Shown: in pieces, positions 53,499 through 64,000 of the stretch | How positions within the stretch are numbered: position 1 is the stretch's first letter | Layout of the letters: every line of letters starts with the position of its first letter | Source of the DNA: Octopus vulgaris | Taxonomy: Eukaryota | Assembly (NCBI GenBank): GCA_951406725.2 | Contig: OX597819.1 | Coordinates: 9,486,001-9,550,000, forward strand | DNA: 64,000 nt | Direction: 5' to 3' | Made by a program: the position numbers and the translations under genes | Notes under the pieces: generated by a model | Databases searched by the model: none | What the model was told of the DNA's origin: nothing | What the model saw: only the letters and a program-made list of their open reading frames with translations

Positions 53499-53530
<32 letters not shown>

Positions 53531-55980
53531 TGTATGTATGTATGTATGTATGTATGTATGTATGTATGTATGTATGTATGTATGTATGTATGTATGTATG
53601 TATGTATGTATGTATGTATGTATGTATGTATGTATGTATGTATGTATGTATGTATGTATGTATGTATGTATGTATGTATGTATGTATGTATGTATGTATG
53701 TATGTATGCATGTATGTATGTATGTATGTATGTATGTATGTATGTATGAATGTATGTATGTATGTATGTATGTATGTATGTATGTATGTATGTATGTATG
53801 TATGTATGTATGTATGTATGTATGTATGTATGTATGTATGTATGTATGTATGTATGTATGTATGTATGTATGTATGTATGTATGTATGTATGTATGTATG
53901 TATGTATGTATGTATGTATGTATGTATGTATGTATGTATGTATGTATGTATGTATGTATGTATGTATGTATGTATGTATGTATGTATGTATGTATGTATG
54001 TATGTATGTATGTATGTATGTATGTATGTATGTATGTATGTATGTATGTATGTATGTATGTATGTATGTATGTATGTATGTATGTATGTATGTATGTATG
54101 TATGTATGTATGTATGTATGTATGTATGTATGTATGTATGTATGTATGTATGTATGTATGTATGTATGTATGTATGTATGTATGTATGTATGTATGTATG
54201 TATGTATGTATGTATGTATGTATGTATGTATGTATGTATGTATGTATGTATGTATGTATGTATGTATGTATGTATGTATGTATGTATGTATGTATGTATG
54301 TATGTATGTATGTATGTATGTATGTATGTATGTATGTATGTATGTATGTATGTATGTATGTATGTATGTATGTATGCATGTAAGTATGTATGTATGTATG
54401 TATGTATGCATGTATGTATGCATGTATGTATGTATGTATGTATGTATGAATGTATGTATGTATGTATGTATGTATGTATGTATGTATGTATGTATGTATG
54501 TATGTATGTATGTATGTATGTATGTATGTATGTATGTATGTATGTATGTATGTATGTATGTATGTATGTATGTATGTATGCATGTATGTATGTATGTATG
54601 AATGTATGTATGTATGTATGTATGTATGTATGTATGTATGTATGTATGTATGTATGTATGTATGAATGTATGTATGTATGTATGTATGTATGTATGTATG
54701 TATGTATGTATGTATGTATGTATGTATGTATGTATGTATGTATGTATGTATGTATGTATGTATGTATGTATGTATGTATGTATGTATGTATGTATGTATG
54801 TATGTATGTATGTATGTATGTATGTATGTATGTATGTATGTATGTATGTATGTATGTATGTATGTATGTATGTATGTATGTATGTATGTATGTATGTATG
54901 TATGTATGTATGTATGTATGTATGTATGTATGTATGTATGTATGTATGTATGTATGTATGTATGTATGTATGTATGTATGTATGTATGTATGTATGTATG
55001 TATGTATGTATGTATGTATGTATGTATGTATGTATGTATGTATGTATGTATGTATGTATGTATGTATGCATGTATGTATGTATGTATGTATGTATGTATG
55101 TATGTATGTATGTATGTATGTATGTATGCATGTATGTATGTATGTATGTATGTATGTATGTATGTATGTATGTATGAATGTATGTATGTATGTATGTATG
55201 TATGTATGTATGTATGTATGTATGTATGTATGTATGTATGTATGTATGTATGTATGTATGTATGAATGTATGTATGTATGTATGTATGTATGTATGTATG
55301 TATGTATGTATGTATGTATGTATGTATGTATGTATGTATGTATGTATGTATGTATGTATGTATGTATGTATGTATGTATGTATGTATGTATGTATGTATG
55401 TATGTATGTATGTATGTATGTATGTATGTATGTATGTATGTATGTATGTATGTATGTATGTATGTATGTATGTATGTATGTATGTATGTATGTATGTATG
55501 TATGTATGTATGTATGTATGTATGTATGTATGTATGTATGTATGTATGTATGTATGTATGTATGTATGTATGTATGTATGTATGTATGTATGTATGTATG
55601 TATGTATGTATGTATGTATGTATGTATGTATGTATGTATGTATGTATGTATGTATGTATGTATGTATGTATGTATGTATGTATGTATGTATGTATGTATG
55701 TATGTATGTATGTATGTATGTATGTATGTATGTATGTATGTATGTATGTATGTATGTATGTATGTATGTATGTATGTATGTATGTATGTATGTATGTATG
55801 TATGTATGTATGTATGTATGTATGTATGTATGTATGTATGTATGTATGTATGTATGTATGTATGTATGTATGTATGTATGTATGTATGTATGTATGTATG
55901 TATGTATGTATGTATGTATGTATGTATGTATGTATGTATGTATGTATGTATGTATGTATGTATGTATGTATGTATGTATG
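52950..55980. repeat. About 3-kb (TATG)n array
   Basis: Direct reading; sparse CATG/AATG/TAAG variants. Confidence 0.98.
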
Positions 55981-56417
55981 TTGTAATGGGCAATTACTTG
56001 TTACAATAGAAATCACTCTGGTCAGTCAGATATCTCAAGCTGAGTTTTGTATTTTGAACTATTCATTCTCTACTCAGAGTTTTATTTTATCGAGTTTAAA
56101 TAGTCAGACGGTGCTGAATTCAAGAAGGACATTAGTTTTGTTCAGTAGCTGAAGTTCTTCAGCTATAATGAATTTGATAAAACTTTGATTAAAATTGGTT
56201 TAAACTAATGGCATTTGAATGGTAAGAAATGGTAAATTCATAAACAAAGATTTATTGCTTAATATAGGGAAACTATTTTAATTAACGTTGAAAATCAACA
56301 TGAACATAAACTAATTTGAATGAAGCAACGTCTTCACTGACTCATTTTCCCAGTATTTTAGGCTCTTAATCCACTTGCATCTTAGGGTCATGTCTCTAAT
56401 ACGTTTCTTCTATGGAT

Positions 56418-56802
56418 GGAAGCACTCCGTCGGTTACGACGACGAGGGTTCCGGTTGTTCCGAATCAACGGAACACCCTGCTCGTGAAATTAACCTGTAA
56501 GTGGCTGAGCACTCCACAGACACGTGTACCCTTAACGTAGTTCTCGGGGATATTCAGCGTGACACAGAGAGTGACAAGGCCGGCCCTTTGGAAATACAGG
56601 TACAACAGAAACAGGAAGAAAGAGTGAGAGAAAGATGTGGTGAAAGAGTACAGCAGGGATCACCACCATCCCCTGCCGGAGCCTCGTGGAGCTTTAAGTG
56701 TTTTCGCTCAATAAACACTCACAACGCCCGGTCTGGGAATCGAAACCGCGATCCTACGACCACGAGTCCGCTGCCCTAACCACTGGGCCATTGCACCTCC
56801 AC
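56418..56802 (-). mobile_element. SINE family C
   Basis: TSD TACGTTTCT(T/C)CTAT. Confidence 0.9.
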
Positions 56803-57362
56803 TACGTTTCTCCTATATTACGGGTATTTTGATGGAACTTTTTCACCGCATTCTTCACTGTAACCTCCACAATTCTCATAATGCACCCACCCCACCCCAT
56901 TTGTAACTGGATCGTTATATGATCTAATATGTTAGACTGAAAAACCACTCTGAGTATCCACACCCAGCGATCACAGCGCCACGGCAACAAAAAATAAACT
57001 GACGAAGAGCCTTTAAGATAAGGTTGTTTTCACTAAAACAATCTTTTCTCAGAATAAAACTAAGTTGAATTAGGAAAAGAAAAGAAGACAATGTATAAAA
57101 CCGTCATTGAAGATAAAACTACAATTAGAGCTTCTCATCTAAAGAGAGTGCCGAACAGGTGCACGTTTGTTTGAGTTGCAGTTTACATACGGTTCAAAAG
57201 CAGTACACACCCATTCATTTGATGTATGGGTAGGTATGCACGCACATACACACACATACATTCACGCATTTATGTCTGCGTCTGTATGAAGATATAGATA
57301 TACACACACACACATGTCTATGTATATACGTCTACATCTACACATATACATAAATATACGTG

Positions 57363-57430
<68 letters not shown>

Positions 57431-57457
57431 CATACATACATATATATATATATACTT

Positions 57458-57505
<48 letters not shown>

Positions 57506-57556
57506 ATATACATACATATATATATACATATGTATATATATACATATATATATATA

Positions 57557-57666
<110 letters not shown>

Positions 57667-58408
57667 CATTGATGTCACATACAAAACGTACGTGTTTTGT
57701 TTATACCCCTTTCGACTGCAGTATTTCGCCCAGAAAAAGTCCCTTTAAGACGTCGATTACTAAAAAGCACTGTGTATCTCAAAAACCAGGCGAAACGAAT
57801 AACTTTGTAGGTGAACAAGAATGATGGGCATCAATATTTACCTGTTATTTCAGCTAATCGGAACCGTATAATCGAGTTACCCTCGAAACGATGTCTTAAA
57901 GGGACTTTCCATGGACGAAATAGTGCAGCAGAGAAACGTTTCAACAAAACATATACATTAAGCATGGGGCATTGTGATAAGTCACAATTTTCCATACCAT
58001 TCCTAATAATACTTAATAATAAAATATAATAGGATTTTTTAAGTGCCAAATAGTTATGGAGGGTCCAGCAGAGTTAAATAGGAATCAAAAGGGAACACAG
58101 GAGATAAAAATGATTGAGAACCACTGATGTAGATGAAACGAAATCTGAGAGAGTGGAAAGCTCACGGATCAGAGAACGAAAAAACAGATGAAAATACAAG
58201 GTGAAGGCGGGACGACGCAAGAAGAAGAGCTTAACCCTATAGAATTGTTCGGTTTTGTAATGAGCTGGAAAGAAACTATACACTCACACAATTAAACGTC
58301 AAACCTGGAAGATGATACCTCCTATGCTCTTTGCTCGTAAGTTAAGGGCTCTGTATCGGAAATTACAAAAAGACAGACATATAAAGGCGCAAAAAGACAG
58401 ACATATAT

Positions 58409-58820
58409 AGGCGCAGGAGTGGCTGTGTGGTAGGTAGCTTGCTAACCAACCACATGGTTCCGGGTTCAGTCCCACTGCGTGGCATCTTGGGCAAGTGTCT
58501 TCTGCTATAGCCCCGGGCCGACCAATGCCTTGTGAGTGGATTTGGTAGACGGAAACTGAAAGAAGCCTGTCGTATATATGTATATATATATGTGTGTGTG
58601 TGTATATGTTTGTGTGTCTGTGTTTGTCCCCCTAGCATTGCTTGACAACCGATGCTGGTGTGTTTACGTCCCCGTCACTTAGCGGTTCGGCAAAAGAGAC
58701 CGATAGAATAAGTACTGGGCTTACAAAGAATAAGTCCCGGGGTCGATTTGCTCGACTAAAGGCGGTGCTCCAGCATGGCCGCAGTCAAATGACTGAAACA
58801 AGTAAAAGAGTAAAAAGAGT
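58409..58820 (+). mobile_element. SINE family A
   Basis: Full-length; 24-bp tandem duplication spanning the 5' junction. Confidence 0.9.
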
Positions 58821-59277
58821 ATAAAGTTCACGCTGCTGGTCATAAATGTTTGTGAGATAATACCCCAGATAATGTAGGATTCTGTTAACCACACAAAATA
58901 CTCAATGAGCACTTTACGATTAATTTTGGTCCAGTACGGGCAGTGGGAGGCTCACGGAACCATGGGGTGCACTGATGAAATCTAGAAGACTGTTTCTCCT
59001 CCGCTTCTGGGCGGGCTGCTTTTATTCATCGCGCGTGTGTGTGTAGCCGTCCATTACGTTTATTTGTATCAAATATTAACAGCTCAGTATAAATATTCTA
59101 CAGCTTCCTTCCCTCATCCCATTTGTTTTTTCATGCAAATGTATATGTACATACCCACGTCATGTAAACTCTTTTTGAAACACATTTTGTGCGCACGAAT
59201 GGGCGTGAATATCAAAAATATGAAATAACAACTATTTATACTTCTGTATTAAGTTTAAGATTTATGTAAACTATAAT

Positions 59278-59659
59278 GGAAGCACTCCGTCGGTTACGAC
59301 GATGAGGGTTCCAGTTGATCCGATCAACGGAACAGCCTGCTCGTGAAATTAACGTGTAAGTGGCTGAGCACTCCACAGACACGTATACCCTTAACGTAGT
59401 TCTCGGGGATATTCAGCGTGACACAGAGAGTGACAAGGCCGGCCCTTTGAAATACAGGTACAACAGAAACAGGAAGAAAGAGTGAGAGAAAGTTGTGGTG
59501 AAAGAGTACAGCAGAGATCACCACCATCCCTGCCGGAGCCTCATGGAGCTTTAGGTGTTTTCGCTCAATAAACACTCACAACGCCCGGCCTGGGAATCGA
59601 AACTGCGATCCTATGACCGCGAGTCCGCTGCCCTAACCACTGGGCCATTGCGCCTCCAC
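59278..59659 (-). mobile_element. SINE family C
   Basis: TSD ATGTAAACTATAA. Confidence 0.9.
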
Positions 59660-60469
59660 ATGTAAACTATAACAGACGTTAGAAACGAACTGTACGTAAC
59701 TGTTTCACTTACACAGAAATCTTAGATACAGACGTAAGAAAAGAACCCGTTCGACACCGGGAGCCTACCTGTATATACAACATGACTATAGATACTCACC
59801 TCCAGGTACAGTTATCTAAACTAAACAGTCTGTCTAAACTGTTTTGATCCACCAAAAAGTGCTAGTTTGGCGAGAGGCTTCCATTGTAAACTGTTAATGC
59901 TACTCTACAGCTTCCCAACGTATTATCAATGTCTATGGAATTTATCCAAAGCTCTAAAATATAAAAACGGGGCCTCACTTGATGCTACATATTTTAATGA
60001 GATACAACTATTTACAATCATACAACTCCACCCAAGCAACGCCTAGAACTACTCTCTCTCTCTTTCTCTCCCTCTCTTTATCTCCCCCTCTCTCTCTCCC
60101 TCTATCTACCTATCTATCTATCTCTATCTCTAACTATCTATACCTTTCTATATATTCCTCTCACACACCCTATTTATGTTCATCTCCCACTCTATCTCTG
60201 TCTGCCTCCCACTTACTCTTTGTATGTGTGTGTGTGTGTGTGTTTGTATGTATGTACATGTGTGTATATGTTTTTCTCTAACCCCAAGCCAACCGTGATT
60301 GAACAGACTTATGATCAAAGGTGCTCAAGTTGTGACCACCCCTTCTTTTTCTTAGTATGTTTCCGGGACCACGTGCCGAGACTGTGACACGCGGGGTCTA
60401 TGATAAAGAAGGTTCAGTCATATTGCCGGAACCCTAACAATCAGATGACCCCTTCTCAAAAATGGTAAC

Positions 60470-60605
60470 CTGGTAAGAAGTTTGCTTCCCAACTACATGG
60501 TTCCACGTTCCCCACTGCATGGCATCTTGGTCAAGCGTCTTCTACTATAACCGCGAGCCGACCAAGTGGATTTGGTAGACAAAAACTGAAAGAACCCCCA
60601 TCGTG

Positions 60606-60651
<46 letters not shown>

Positions 60652-60903
60652 TGTATGTATGCATGTGTGTGCATGTGTGTTTGTGTGTGTGTGTGTGTGG
60701 TGTCCGTGTTTGTCCACCAACAGCACTTGACAACCGGCGTTGGCGTGCTTACTTCCTTTTAACTTAGTTTCCATAAAAGTGAACAAAAGAATAAACATCA
60801 GGCTTTAAAAAATAAGTAGTGGGGTCGATTCTTTCGACTAAAATTCTTCAAAGCGGTGCCCCAGTATGGCCGAAGTTTAATGATTGAAACAAGTAAAAGA
60901 TAA
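60470..60903 (+). mobile_element. Old SINE family A-related copy
   Basis: Diverged homology. Confidence 0.8.
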
Positions 60904-61099
60904 GCGATAAATTTTGAGAGGATCCCCATCGAAAGTGGTTTTCTTTTGCTTTGTCAAATGTCTGTCAGAGGCTCTGGTGACACGACTTACTTTCCTCTAG
61001 AAACTGCCTCGCGTTATAATTCAGTGAAATGGTCCCTGTGTTAGTGTAGGTGATAACATCACATTTGCCTACGAAAATATCGATCTTTTTCACCAAATG

Positions 61100-61484
61100 G
61101 GAAGCACTCCGTCGGTTACGACGATGAGGGTTCCGGTTGATCCGAATCAACGGAACAGCCTGCTCGTGAAATTAACGTGTAAGTGGCGGAGCACTCCACA
61201 GACACGTATACCCTTAACGTAGTTCTCGGGGATATTCAGCGTGACACAGAGAGTGACAAGGCCGGCCCCTTGAAATACAGATACAACAGAAACAGGAAGT
61301 AAGAGTGAGAGAAAGTTGTGGTGAAAGAGTACAGCAGAGATCACCACCATCCCCTGCCGGAGCCTCGTGGAGCTTTTAGGTGTTTTCGCTCAATAAACAC
61401 TCACAACGCCCAGTCTGGGAATCGAAACCGCGATCCTATGACCGCGAGTCCGCTGCCCTAACCACTGGGCCATTGCGCCTCCAC
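61100..61484 (-). mobile_element. SINE family C
   Basis: TSD TCACCAAATG. Confidence 0.9.
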
Positions 61485-61519
61485 TCACCAAATGAGGACA
61501 CGCATATTACTAAGGAAAG

Positions 61520-61958
61520 TCACTTAGTAACTATTGAATTCAAACCGCCTCATGGTTCTAGCAGACAAAATGGAAAAGGTATTGTCTCAGCGGATGGCGA
61601 GTGAGATGCACTGGAACAGCCACTCGGACTCACGGGGCTCGTGCTTGCAAATAGCCATCTCCGCCCCGATAGCTGTGAGCAGGCATACGGTCTGGAGGTC
61701 GAGAATGCCTAAGGTCTCCATTGCCACAGGCTCGACCATAAACCTATCAGAGAGCAACCGATACTTTGACAGTTTGCCTCTCTCAGCCTGATGAACAGCG
61801 GAACCTGGATGGTAGTTGAATACAAGTTTCCGCTGAAGGTGTTACAGCATGTGGAATCTCGGATTGTCATACTGTCAGGCTTTTTACCGTCCTCTTGGTC
61901 TAGCCCCGCTGGCTCGAGCTGGAATGGAAAGCCTGCAGGGTTGGCAACCTACGGCCCG
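61520..61958 (-). mobile_element. CRE-like non-LTR retrotransposon RLE fragment
   Basis: Manual translation LEPAGLDQEDGKKPDSMT..DSTC..KLSKY..VEPVAMETLG..PRESEWLFQCISLAI with frameshift and stop. Confidence 0.65.
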
Positions 61959-62394
61959 CTGGAACCATGTAGTTGGGAAGCAAACTTCTTACCAGGTTAC
62001 CATTATTGAGAAGTGGTCATCTGATTGTTAGGGTTCCGGCAATATGACTGAACCTCCTTTATCATAGACCCCGCGTGTCACAGTCTCGGCACGTGGTCCC
62101 GGAAACACTAAGAAAAAGAAGGGGTGGTCACAACTTGAACACCTTTGATCATAAGTGTGTTCAATCACGGTTGGCTTGGGGTTAGGGAAAAGTTGTTTAT
62201 CTAAAATTTTAATTTATTGTAATACGAGAGATGAGACTTTCGAATACAATAAAAGACCTGCTGTTACATTCTTCCACAAATCTTCTGATTCACTCTACCA
62301 CCAACCGGATGTGAACACTTTGACAACAAAAACACAAAAATTCGTCGAGTACGCAGCGCTCCGCACACCATTTCCGCTCACACAACACAAAAAT

Positions 62395-62840
62395 AATAAC
62401 AATAATAATAATAATTAATTCTTTTTATTGGCCACAAGGGCTGACACACATGATTAGAAAACATAAAGGGACATAACAGGACGAAAGGTTACAAAGGGTT
62501 TTGTCCGTTTGTGAAAAAATCGTGTAAAAACAGTGTAACAATCAAATAATATAACAACGAAAAACTCCCAATAGGGGGAGGCGCTTCGAAAGGTTCCTGG
62601 TGGAAAAAAAAACCCATAAAAGCCTCCGAAATATTTCTACCCAATCACCGCTACTCCCACGTAAAAAATAAACTAAAATCCTGAGAGCCGGCTTCAGCCA
62701 GCCGACGGACATAAAAAGACTGCCTCAAAGGGACAATTGTCTCAGTTGGCGTTCTGCCTTCACTCCATCAACGGCGTCCCTCACCCCCTCCCATCTCTGA
62801 TTCGGGAAACCGACAACAGCTTACAAACACTCATTTTCGC
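62395..62840 (-). mobile_element. LINE 3' UTR fragment with (ATT)n tail, similar to the SINE B 3' end
   Basis: Reverse complement ends GTCCCT..AGCCCTTGTGGCCAATAAAAAGAAT(TAT)n. Confidence 0.4.
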
Positions 62841-63106
62841 GCGCTCGAATTCTTCATTGAGCTCCGTTCTGTTATTACACATCTCTTCTCCAGCAAAGGA
62901 TTTCTATTGATTTATTTCACTATTGTATTTTTCAAATAATACATTCATTGCTTTCGCTTAAAATCTCATTTGTTTCTTCTTGTTGTCCTTGCCACCATAC
63001 GCTTACCTATTTCCGCCTGTCTCATCATCATCAGCATCATCATCATTATCGTACACATTATACAAGTAATTAGCAGCCATAACCAACTGGTATTATTACT
63101 ATTGAA

Positions 63107-63335
63107 CGGCGAGCTGGCAGAATCGTTAGCACGACGGGCGAAATGCTTAGCGGTATTTCGTCTGCCGCTACGTTCTGAGTTCAAATTCCGCCGAGGTCGA
63201 CTTTGCCTTTCATCCTTTCGGGGTCGATTAAATAACTACCAGTTACGCACTGGGGTCGATATAATCGACTTAATACCTATGTCTATCCTTATTTGTCCCC
63301 TCTGTGCTTAGCCCCTTGTGGGTAGTAAAGAAATA
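63107..63335 (+). mobile_element. SINE family B
   Basis: TSD GGTATTATTAC. Confidence 0.9.
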
Positions 63336-63444
63336 GGTATTATTACAATTGTAATATGAGAATCGAGGAGGGAAGGGAGCTGGCACTATCGGTAGCACAT
63401 CGGGCAAAATGCTTAACAGCATTCCGTACTCCCTTACGTTTAAA

Positions 63445-63660
63445 AGGCGGCGAGTTGGCAGAAACGTTAAGCACACCGGGCGAAATGCTTAGCGGTATTT
63501 CGTCTGTCTTTACGTTCTGAATTCAAATTCCGCCGCGGTCGACTTTGCTTTCATCCTTTCAGGGTCGATAAATTAAGTACCAGTTGCGTACTAGGGTCGA
63601 TCTAATCGACTGGCCTCCTCCCCCAAAATTTCGGACCTTGTGCCTAGAGTAGAAAGGAAT
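63445..63660 (+). mobile_element. SINE family B, alternative tail
   Basis: Same head and core; tail CCCCCAAAATTTCGGACCTTGTGCC. Confidence 0.85.
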
Positions 63661-63757
63661 GAGAGACGAGGCTTTAGAATACAATAAAAGGTCAGCCATT
63701 AAAAAAATAAAATTATTTAGATGTAAAATATTTAATTTAAATTTAAATTTTATTCGT

Positions 63758-63930
63758 AGGCGTTAGGAGTGGCTGTGTGGTAAGTAGCTTGCTTACGAAC
63801 CACATGGTTCCGGGTTCAGTCCCACTGCGTGGTACCTTGGGCAAGTGTCTTCTGCTATAGCCCCGGGCCAACCAATGCCTTGTGAGTGGATTTGGTAGAC
63901 GGAAACTGAAAGAAGCCTGTCGTATATATG

Positions 63931-63963
<33 letters not shown>

Positions 63964-64000
63964 TTGTCTCCCTAGCATTGCTTGACAACCGATGCTGGTG
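63758..64000 (+). mobile_element. SINE family A, cut by window end
   Basis: Homology. Confidence 0.9.

Larger units (their letters stand above)
57842..61068 (-). pseudogene. Candidate spliced gene or pseudogene fragment (exons 61068-60991, 59953-59800, 58002-57842), possibly CUB-like
   Basis: AG/GT boundaries and compatible phases; one in-frame TAG at 59864-59862; homology judged by eye only. Confidence 0.25.

Noticed and set aside
52725-56152. ORFs of up to 1058 aa (also poly-I/M/D/H and YI/CV ORFs elsewhere)
   Set aside because: Translations of stop-free microsatellites.

Overview
This is AT-rich, repeat-saturated animal genomic DNA. The SINE repertoire and microsatellite load look like Octopus/coleoid cephalopod (recognised from memory, not verified). 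No intact protein-coding gene is supported, and nearly all long ORFs in the track are microsatellite artefacts. Contents: several tRNA-derived SINE families (my labels A, B, C, G), a 5S-rRNA-derived SINE, non-autonomous Helitrons, decayed RTE, Hero-like and CRE-like LINEs, mariner and Tc1 relics, an internally deleted Gypsy element, a 5'-truncated Penelope-like element (GIY-YIG) and a 3-kb (TATG)n array. The main hidden layer is about 12 minimal type-I hammerhead ribozyme motifs in small microsatellite-flanked Penelope pseudo-LTR-like elements. These include cores with compensatory 3-8 changes (A3-U8, U3-A8) and a fold-back element joining a tRNA-like Pol III head, (AAT)n and a hammerhead, which is a candidate Penelope-mobilised ribozyme SINE. 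Also notable are a twin-priming-type RTE inversion with TSD, a trimeric SINE under one TSD, and three phase-compatible candidate exons with an in-frame TAG.
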